64,000 nt of DNA, taken from positions 80,042,001 through 80,106,000 of the forward strand of contig NC_043002.1 in assembly GCF_006345805.1 (NCBI RefSeq). The letters run 5' to 3'. Made by a program: the position numbers and the translations under genes. Positions 54,170 to 64,000 of this stretch are shown piece by piece; within the stretch, counting starts at the first letter, position 1; each line of letters starts with the position of its first letter. Below the pieces are notes generated by a model. The model was not told the origin of the DNA and made no database searches. It saw nothing but the letters and a program-made list of their open reading frames with translations. Source of the DNA: Octopus sinensis (taxonomy: Eukaryota).

Positions 54170-54380
54170 TGTTCTCGTTATAGGTTTATGGTCGAGCCTG
54201 TAGCAGTGGAGATCTCCGGAACTCTTGGCCCCCAGACTATATCCCTGCTGACCGCTATCGGTATGGAGATGGCTGTCTTCAAGTATGAGTCCCGTGAGTC
54301 AGAGAGGCTGTTTCAGCGCTTCTCCCTCACCATCCTCCGGGGCAGTTTCGTTTCCATTTTGTCTGCCGGGGCCAGGGAGG
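54170..54380 (+). mobile_element. CRE-clade-like LINE C-terminal remnant
   Basis: FMVEPVAVEISGTLGPQTISLLTAIG...RESERLFQRFSLTILRGSFVSIL resembles the CRE-type end FxPxAVETxGxxGP...FLxQRLSxAIQRGNAxSIL (recalled motif). Confidence 0.65.
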
Positions 54381-54456
54381 TAACTTATGACAACTTTAAC
54401 TGTAGATTTCATGAAAAATCTTATATTTCAGGAAAGTAGATTGTAAATTTACACGT

Positions 54457-54770
54457 CATGGCCTAGTGGTTAAAGCGTTCGTGAATTTGTGAGTTTGATT
54501 CCCGGACCAGGGGCTGTGTTGTGTTCTTGAGCAAGACACTTTATTCCTTGTTGATCCAGTTCACTCAACTGCAGAAATGAGTTGCCACCTCACAAGTGCC
54601 AGGATGTATCGGCCTTTTCCTTTCCCTTGGACAACTTCGGTGACGCGGAAAAGGAGGTTCGTATGCATGGGTACTGCTGGTCTTCCACAAAGAACATCGC
54701 CCGGACTTGTGCCTACGAGAGGTACTTTTTAGGAGCAATCCCATGGTCAGGCGTGACCGAAGCGGGTCTT
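54457..54770 (+). mobile_element. SINE family C
   Basis: TGGCCTAGTGG A-box, GAGTTTGATTCCC B-box, CTTGAGCAAGACACTTT; body homologous to 19894-20202. Confidence 0.85.
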
Positions 54771-55241
54771 TATCCTTTACTCCTTCGATTTTAAATTATT
54801 TATTCATGTATTCAGTCAAATGTATATCGGGAAAATCGTTTTCATTCTAGTACAGAATACCAATGAGATGTTAGTTCAGCAAAAAGCTCTGCGTGATAGC
54901 TTTTACCTGCTAGAAACAATAGTCCGAATTCTCTCAAAATTTCATCCACTTTCTTTTGGAAGGGCACATTTGATAATTTGGTTTGGATACCCTTCACATA
55001 GAATGACTGGAAGTCCTTCACCCATAAGGTTAATCGATCGGGATTGGTATGCGGCTAAACAACAGCAATGATCATTCACTCCTTTGCATTTAGATAACTC
55101 TGTTAAATGTAATGGTTATTTATTCACATTGTTTTGAGAGTTCAATGATATAATTGTTTTTTTTTTTCGAATGTCAATGTAAATAGGTGTGAGAGTTTGT
55201 ACATGGTCAGTTTGAGTATAAAACAATACTTGGACCGTATA

Positions 55242-56159
55242 CGAGATCTGATCAATAAGTATCCGTACTGTTGCCATAGTAACGAAGCGAAAGTCCGCAG
55301 TGTCAAGCTGTTTGGTACAGATTGGCTTTGACCACTGCTGTGCATGTGCACTAGGTTTCAACATTTGAGCTCACTAGGTTTCAACATTCGAGCTCACTTC
55401 CGCTGTTTACAGCAGTGCTTGGAAGGAAGGTGTGTAGCTTGTGATCGTCGCATTGACCATGATAGAGAAAGCTATCATGGCGACACCTGCTCAAAGGTCC
55501 ACGCAATATTGCAGAAAGTGTATGGAGAGGAGTGTGTGAGCCACACACAAGGGTACGAGTGGTTCTGACGTCTCCAAGATGGCCGAGAAAATGTCGATAT
55601 TGACGAACGTTCTGGGAGCTACGCGACCAACTGAACTGAGAAAAACATCGCAGATGTGCGTGTAGCTGTGAGGGGAAATCGTCGAATCACCATTCGTGAG
55701 TTATCAGAAGATGTGCAGATTAGTTACGGTTCGGTTTATTCTATTATCAGTGAAGAATTGGGTATGAGACGCGTCTTAGCCGAGTTTGTGCCAAAACTGG
55801 TTTCAGTTGATCAAAAAGACACCCGTATTTCAGTTGCACAAAATCTCCTTGATTGTGTCGAGTACGATGAAAACTGTTTGAAAACTTTGCGTAGTCCTCT
55901 CAGCAGGTATCGCCAAGCTTTTGGCAAAATTTGATGCAGATTCTCATCTCGAATTTCTCTGTCATTGTCAATGCGACGTTCACACGTTACATACCTTCCT
56001 TCCAAGCACTGTTGTAAACAGCGGAAGTGAGAGAGAACGTTAAAACTTAGTGCGCATGCACAACAATGTTCCTGGTCAATCTGTGCCTAGTGGCTTTACT
56101 CTCCGTGCTTTAGCTTCGTTACTATAGCAACAGTCCGGATACTTATTGATAGGATCACG
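55242..56159 (+). mobile_element. Rearranged mariner with two 5' ends (left: 5' end plus HTH region; right: inverted 5' end)
   Basis: Terminal CGAGATCTGATCAATAAGTATCCG / CGGATACTTATTGATAGGATCACG with TA flanks. The inverted homology extends ~277 bp (55883-56159) and includes MTEKFEMRICIKFCQKLGDTC on the minus strand. The plus strand encodes ...RITIRELSEDVQISYGSV...FVPKL...YDENCLK but no catalytic domain. Confidence 0.88.
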
Positions 56160-57009
56160 TATGGCTGGTTTGATTGTTTAAGGATTGAATTTATCTTCAA
56201 CATCTCATACAAGAACAAACAAACCAGCTTCTGCACCAAGAAACCAAATAACCAACCGGTTGACAGACAAACCACTTCATCAACCAGCAATCTCGCCAAC
56301 CCCCTCCCCTACCCATCCACTCATCAGTCAACTCACCAACCGACAAACCAGCCAACTAACAGACAAAATTTTGTCCATTTCAACAGAAACTACTTTAAAT
56401 TCATCGTGCGAAGACTGTTATATGCATGAATGCAAGCGAGTACATGCGCACGTTCGCACGCACTAACACACGCGAAGTCAACACAAGCATACATACGGGG
56501 ACACATATGCATGCACATGTGTGTGTGTGTTATGTCACAAATGATCGTTTTGTCAAAAATTGAAAATTTCTCCTATTTCGTACACATGCACTTAAGTATA
56601 ATAACCACACATTAACGCATACACACATTTACACGCACACTTGCGAAGTCACACCCCACCGCATACACGCACACACAAACACACTGACATTCACTGATGC
56701 GCTCACATACACACACGTCTGTTTGGAAGCCCGCTTGTCTGTATGGATGTATGAGGACAGTTACAAAGACAAAAGTATTTAGTTTGTTTTTGGTGGGGAG
56801 GTCCACAATTTTGTACACAGAAATCCCGGAAACTCATTCATAAACACACGCTCACAAACAAGCACAAAATTTACGCATTTACGCATGCGTACATGCGTAT
56901 GCAGGAAGAGAATGGTGTGGGATTAATGATCATATATACAGAGGAACACATTTTACGTCACACTCGCGTTTATATATGCGGATGTGTTTATATATATATA
57001 TATATATTT

Positions 57010-57049
<40 letters not shown>

Positions 57050-57065
57050 TTAGATAGATAGATAA

Positions 57066-57107
<42 letters not shown>

Positions 57108-57279
57108 TGATTGATAAATAGATGGATACATGCATACATACATACATATAATCTTTTATTCTTTAATTTTTTACTACTTGTTCAGTTTCAGTCATTTGAT
57201 TGCAACCATGCTAGAGCACCGCCTTGGAGTATTTATTCGAACAAATCGAACCCAGGACTTATTTGTTAAACATAATACT

Positions 57280-57352
<73 letters not shown>

Positions 57353-57744
57353 TATACATATATATATATATGTGTATGTGTGTGTGACCTTGGTCACAAA
57401 GTAAATACTCATGACTCTTTACCAGGTTTCCGAGGGGGATGGGAAGAGGTGAAGGATATATCTGAAAGAGCTTAAAACCGGACACTAGGTACCAATCCAA
57501 GCAAGAGAGTGAAACCCCGCTAACGACAAAGAAAACCGGATATTGTTATTATTAAACTAGGTGACATATTAATTCTTCCCCTGAAGTAAGCCTTGGTGGA
57601 GTTTGAACTTGGAGCATCAATAACAGGATCAAGCACTGCAAAAACCTACATTCGTTCCGGCCATTTTACACTTGTATTTATCCATCCTCTTCTGAGTTGG
57701 TACTTCTTACTGACCACCCAAACGGCGGGATTTGAGCGCTAGGT

Positions 57745-58389
57745 ACTCAGAATCTGAATAAATACCTATTTCTTTACTACCCACAAGGGGCTAAACACAG
57801 AGAAGACAAACAAGGAGAGACAAGCGGATTAAGTCGATTATATCGACCCCAGTGCGTAACTGGTACTTATTTAATCGGTACTTAAGGCGGCGAGCTGGCA
57901 GAAACGTTAGCACGCCGGGCGAAATGCTTAGCGGTATTTCGTCTGACGTTACGTTGTGAGTTCAAATTCCGCCGAGGTCGACTTTGCCTTTCATCCTTTC
58001 GGGGTCGATAAATTAAGTACCAGTAACGCACTGGGGTCGATGTAATCGACTTAATACCTATGTCTGTCCTTGTTTGTCCCGTCTGTGTTTAGCCCCTTGT
58101 GGGTAATAAAGAAATAGGTATTTCGTCTGCCGTTACGTTGTGAGTTCAAATTCCGCCGAGGTCGACTTTGCCTTTCATCCTTTCGGGGTCGATAAATTAA
58201 GTACCAGTTACGCACTGGGGTCGATGTAATCGACTTAATACCTATGTCTGTCCTTGTTTGTCCCCTCTGTGTTTAGCCCATTGTGTGTAATAAAGAAATA
58301 GGTACTTATTTAATCGACCTCGAAAGGATGAAAGGTAAAGTGGATCTCGGCGGAATTTGAACTCAGAACTCAGAATCTGAATAAATACC
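57745..58389. mobile_element. Nested SINE family B cluster with two target-site duplications
   Basis: 22-bp repeat ACTCAGAATCTGAATAAATACC (57745-57766 and 58368-58389) around a minus-strand copy, which is itself interrupted by a plus-strand dimer (57884-58300) flanked by the 16-bp repeat GGTACTTATTTAATCG (57862-57877 and 58301-58316). Confidence 0.88.
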
Positions 58390-58479
58390 ACGAGATATTT
58401 TATCTGATGCTGCAGCTACTTCGCGTAAACATTGACGTTCGTTGGAACTTATGCACACACCAAATTATGCATACGAATG

Positions 58480-60626
58480 CATGCAATTAACTAAACTGAT
58501 ACAATTTGACGCGCGCCATCAGTAACTTAAGAGACTGCCAATTCCGTTGTTTGTCAGTCATTAGTACAACTACGACATCATAAACTTCTTGTATCACATC
58601 CATCACTACTACCACCACTCTACCACCAACACCAAGACCTAAGGTTTCCATCGACACCGTTACCATTTCTAACATCACTCCCAGCTTCTTCTCTATTATC
58701 CACTATCACCTCCACCAACGCCGCCGCCGCTGCTTGCCATCGTCGCACTACGATCTCTTCTCCACCACCACCATTCCCCCTATTATTTGCTTGCTACAAA
58801 CTTGAACTGAGCACCAATACTTATCGTTTCCATCAATACTAGTGCCGTTTCTAACATCGTTTGCTAGCATCATCACCACAACTACCACCACCACCACCAC
58901 CACCGCTACTACCACTAACACTACCACTACCACTATCATCTCCACCGTCACCATCATCACGCCACCATCTCCTTCACCATCGCTACTTTCTACCTCTGTC
59001 CTACCACGGCGTACTTGTCTCTGATCGCACAAAATTACGGTTCCTACCACCATCGCCATCACAACGTCATCGATGCGAGTTCTTCAGTTCTAATATTACA
59101 AATAACTGCTCAGCACTGTTCCACTATCACTACCACTACTACTGCCGCCCAAACTACTTCAGTTAATACCATCACCACCACCACCACCACCACAACCGCC
59201 TACACCACCAACGCAACCACCACCACCACCACCACCACCACCACCACCACCACCACCATCGCCACTATTATTCGCAATGTTGCTCTCACCTTCACTATCA
59301 ATGCCACCACCATGATTACGACGCCTACGACCAAAACCGCTACCATCGTAACCATAACCACCCCCTAATTTACTACCACTACCACCGTCTCAAACGATGC
59401 CATAACCACTGCTAACACCATCAAAAAGAAAACGAACGCCATCAACATCACCGCTACAACCACCAGGAAAACGACCGTCGCCATCAGAAGAAAACCACCA
59501 CCATCTTCACAAACAACAGCACCACTACCACCATCTTCATTGCAAAACGAAGACCACCGCCGCCACCAGCACCAAATCAAGTCCACTACTACCACCATCA
59601 TCACCGCCACCGCTGCCGTTATTATCATTATTACCACAACCACCATTAGCCTCAATACGACTATCACCTTCATCGTGAATGCCATAACCACTATTACCAC
59701 CACCATCACCACCACCACCGCCACCACCATCACCACCACCATCGCCACCACCACCACCACCACACCGCTACCACCGATGCTACCACGACGATGACGAGGA
59801 CCCAACACTGCCACCACCACTACACTACTACAACCACCACCACAACCACCACCGCGCTAGTACCACTACTACAACTATCAGCACGATGACGACGACCAAG
59901 ATGAAGACGAATATGATAACGACGACGACGACGACCGCTACCACCACCACCACCACCACACCACGATAACCACCGGTACCGCCACCACCACAACCTCCAC
60001 CAGAACTATCACCAACACCACTATCACCACCACAACCACCGCCGCGACCACTACCAACACCACCGCCGCCGTCAGTACCACTCCATTCACTTTCACAGTC
60101 ATCACATCTGTGCGGCTACCATTGCTACCACAGCAGCCTGTCCATCAACAACGCCACCATCGCAAACATCACCTCTAGCATTTAAGAAAAAAATTTTTAA
60201 AAAAAGGAACAAACGAAAAAAAAAACACCACTGCCTCCATTATCGACCATCCCAAACCCTGCAACTCCCTTATAACACCCCTCCCCCGTCACACTTACAT
60301 ACACATACACACGCACACGCCCACACACACACATACACATACACATACATACGCACACAGACTCTCACCCATAAACACAAACACATACAGAAAGACACAC
60401 AAATATATATACGCACACAGACACTCGCACACGCACAAACATACATATGCACACAGAGACTCACACCCACCTACATGTATATATACACACACAGACTCTC
60501 ACACACAGGCACACACAGGCACACACACGCACATACATATACACACGCATCCATACGTTCGCAGACTCTCTCAAACACAAATAAACATACATATGGACAA
60601 ACACGTACGCACACATACATGTACAA

Positions 60627-60688
<62 letters not shown>

Positions 60689-62095
60689 ATTAGCCACCCC
60701 CACCACCACTGTGGCCATTTCCCCACACACACACTCTGCCCCTCCCTGTTGCCACACAAGCAGGAGAAGTTACACAGCTGCTCACACCCTATCATTTCCG
60801 TCCCCTAGTGACGACTGGGTAGTGGATGGGGGTGTGGTGATGGGAGAGCATGAAGAACTGGATGGAGTGCGCATGCCTAATACAGGCTCTTGTATTGCCT
60901 TACACAGCTGGACATTGCTAACACACTGAAATCCCAACCACCATCATAGCATCGACGCCGCCGCCGCCACCACCACCACCACCACCACCATCACCATCAT
61001 CACCACTCCCGCCCTCACTCCACAACCACCACCACTACCACTGTCGGCGTCACCGCCACCGCAACCAACAACAACAACAACAACAACAACACGTGCTTCT
61101 AACAATCCCCACTCCTCAACCATCATCGTCTTCGCCATTAACAGCATCGCCACCATCTTCGTCATCACATCAACGCCATCACCACCACCACTACTACTAG
61201 CACTGCTAACACCACCATTAATTTTACCACCACCACCACCACCACCACCACCACTAGCATTAATGTGGTCACCCGCCCCCCTTCACTATCAACAATAACA
61301 ACAACAAACGCATCTAACACTCCCCACACCTCCCCAAACATTGTCGTCTTCACCATCGCCGCCATCACTACCATCATCTTCAACACCGCCGCCGCCAACA
61401 CCACCACCATTACCACAACCACCACCACCACCAACACACCAACAACACCACTACTGCCACCACCACCACCACCACCAACACACCAACACCACCACTACTG
61501 CCACCACCACCACCACCACCACCACTGCCACCACCACCTACAGCAACTACGACAAATAAACATCATTACTACAATTATGATAATCATTGTCATATTTATT
61601 ATCCCCACCGCCACCCAGCACTAGAAACTGCACAATAACCATAACCACTACAGCATCAGCATCACCACCACCACCACCACCATCTGCCAACAACTACTAC
61701 AAACACTACAACCACCACCAATACCACCACTATCACTACCAACACCAACACCATCATTACCAGCAGCATCACTTTTCATCATCATCAGCATCAGCATTTT
61801 CATCGTCAACAGCAGCACCATTTGCATAATCATCATCATCATCATCATCATCGTCGTCGTCGTCGTCGTCGTCGTCATCGCAACCACTACTACAACCACC
61901 ACTGTTACCATCACCACTATACTAGCACTAACACGACCTTCATCTATCATGTTTACCGTAACCACCTTTCTCGTACTTTCAACATCATCACCATCGCCAC
62001 CGCCGTCATCATCACCATCATCACAAAAACGACGACGGCGTCAATTGCCACCACCACCACCATCACCACCACTACCACCCCACCATCTCTGACAC
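58480..62095 (+). repeat. Extended degenerate (CAC/CAT/TAC)n low-complexity region with a central (CA)n block
   Basis: Direct inspection; produces the poly-T/H/P/V ORFs. Confidence 0.9.
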
Positions 62096-62371
62096 CGTTA
62101 ACATCATTCCACATTCTCCCATCAATGCAAATATACCAAACGGCTGAACGGAAAACGTCCACTAGGGAATTTAATCTACTAGAAAGGAGAGTTAAACCCC
62201 TGAAAATCACAGAGAGAAGTCTTTAAAAAAGTAAAGTCCATGAAAAATAAAAGACTGGACAGTCACGACTGGAATATCTCTGAACATTGTTCTGTTTGAC
62301 TGGAGAATATCTGGGGCAAATGAAACTATCTAGAGTCCAATGAGTTTACGCAGAAATCCTCTCGTTTTTAT

Positions 62372-62760
62372 GTCGTCGTCGTGGCACTCCGTTGGTTACG
62401 ACGACGAGGGTTCCAGTTCATCCGATCACCGGAACAGCCTGCTCGTGAAATTAACGTGTAAGTGGCTGAGCACTCCACAGACACGTGTACCCTTAAAGTA
62501 TTTCTCGAGGAGATTCAGCGTGACACAGGATGTGACAAGGCTGGCCCTTTGAAATACAGGTACATCAGAAGCAGGAAGAATGAGAGAGAGAAAGTTGTGT
62601 TGAAAGAGTACAGCAGGGATCGCCACCCCACACTGCCAGAGCCTCGTGAAGCTTTAAGTGTTTCCATTTAATAAATACTCACAACGCTCGATCTGGGAAT
62701 CAAAACCGCGATCCTACGACCGCGAGTCCGCTGTTTTAACCACTGGACCACTGCGCCTCC
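62372..62760 (-). mobile_element. SINE family D (tRNA-derived) with (GAC)n tail
   Basis: Minus strand GGAGGCGCAGTGGTCCAGTGGTTAA (A-box), GGTTTTGATTCCC (B-box-like), ~390 bp long, ending CCACGACGACGAC. Confidence 0.75.
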
Positions 62761-63064
62761 ACAGTTTTCATGTATATCAGGGACTAATTATGCTGCTCAA
62801 TGTATCTTTTATTATCTAAAACCATCGGGTGTTGTTTCAGTGCGACTGGCCTGTTATTTCCAGCGTATTCAGCGACTAAGTAGAGCTTTCGTTTTTGGAA
62901 ACCAATGGAGCGGATCAATCGTAAATGACAGGTCACAGTTCTGCAAATTCTTGCTGGGTAACCTGCACAGTTGGTTCGTTTATTGCGATCAAATCGATTG
63001 CTTGTACAGATGAACGGCATGTTATATATAAGATGTCGAAGTGATCCTTAAATAACCTTAAATG

Positions 63065-63167
63065 AAGCGTTTTGTTCCAGAACACAACACACCTCCCGGT
63101 TCGGGAATCGAAACTGCAATCTTACGCTTGTCAGGTGCAACCTGCTAACTACAAGGCCACACGCCTT
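63065..63167 (-). mobile_element. tRNA-derived SINE head (body may extend to ~62800)
   Basis: Minus strand GGCGTGTGGCCTTGTAGTTAG...GTTTCGATTCCCGAACCGGG...GTGTTGTGTTCT. Confidence 0.55.
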
Positions 63168-63729
63168 CAATAATCTATACAGAAGTGCTGTATAAAAGAG
63201 CAAAAGTTTTGAAGTGTATTATACTCGAATGCTAGTATAGAGTAATACCATTATATCCATCGTATCGATCATCGATATAACGATATTTTATGCATCTTCG
63301 ACCTGCCGTATTCAAACTTAACACAAGTTTGAGATCAATTATTTGATCTGATACCTTCAAAGGAATTTCATCCTTCCTTTAGGTCCTGTGTTGAGGTACG
63401 AACATTGTTATAGTAATGTTGATTGTAAAGTAGAGATGGTCAGAGTATTTGATATTAGTCGGAATTTTCTTGAGCGCGCTGAAGAAATAACATTAAGTTT
63501 CTGGTGTATAAGAAGCGTAAGTTCAAATTTACGTTTTTTTCACTGACGCATTTGCCATTGCCCTGCCTTGGGCTCTCAACTACTAATGATGTAGGTAAGC
63601 CGCCATTACACATAACGCTGCAGGTCAAGCATCCCGAATTCTGACGTAGCCCATCAGTCTCCGGGTTTGACCACAGCCGAGTTCTCCTAAAGAGAAAACA
63701 AACGTGCAGACAGACAGGCACACAAACTG

Positions 63730-63854
63730 ATTGATAGACAGATAGATAGATAGATAGATATATAGATAGATAGACAGACAGACAAACAGATAGATAGATA
63801 GATAGTTAGATAGATAGACAGACAGACAGATAAATAGACAGATAGATAGATAGT

Positions 63855-63932
<78 letters not shown>

Positions 63933-64000
63933 TATAGATATACAGACAGATAGATAGTTAGACAGACAGACGGAGATAGACAGAAAGACAGACAGACAGA
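63730..64000. repeat. (GATA/GACA)n microsatellite
   Basis: Direct inspection. Confidence 0.95.

Noticed and set aside
59015-59368. Thr-rich mucin-like ORF
   Set aside because: It lies within degenerate (CAC)n, all frames are equally low in complexity, and no exon boundaries are evident.
63455-63721. Possible exon or ORF near the window end
   Set aside because: No recognisable domain, and the splice-like signals on the two strands are mutually inconsistent.

Overview
This is AT-rich, microsatellite-saturated eukaryotic non-coding DNA with one 100-N scaffold gap. The tRNA-derived SINE families resemble those I recall from octopus, so a cephalopod (Octopus) genome is likely; this is inference from memory, not a search result. 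I could support no host protein-coding exon, rRNA, genuine tRNA gene or CRISPR array, and almost all listed ORFs are microsatellite translation artefacts. The window is a mosaic of mobile elements. LINEs: 5'-truncated CR1-like (3.3-5.7 kb), R4/Dong-like (17.4-18.7 kb, plus remnants) and Tx1/L1-like (44.9-48.1 kb) copies, plus other restriction-like-endonuclease (RLE) remnants. DNA transposons: a full-length mariner, an IR-DR Tc1 element and two rearranged mariners. Also present: at least four SINE families (labelled A-D here), short Penelope-like elements with minimal hammerhead ribozyme motifs, a 760-bp foldback, and an unclassified (TAA)n-embedded repeat. Main observations: (1) two SINE/LINE 3'-tail partnerships, one linking SINE-B to a Tx1-like LINE; (2) that Tx1-like LINE sits inside a (TATC)n tract and may be very young, since the frameshifts I checked are single-base losses in short runs; (3) element families appear partitioned among microsatellite types; (4) SINE-B repeatedly inserts into itself at a GGTA site; (5) one hammerhead motif has a canonical core.
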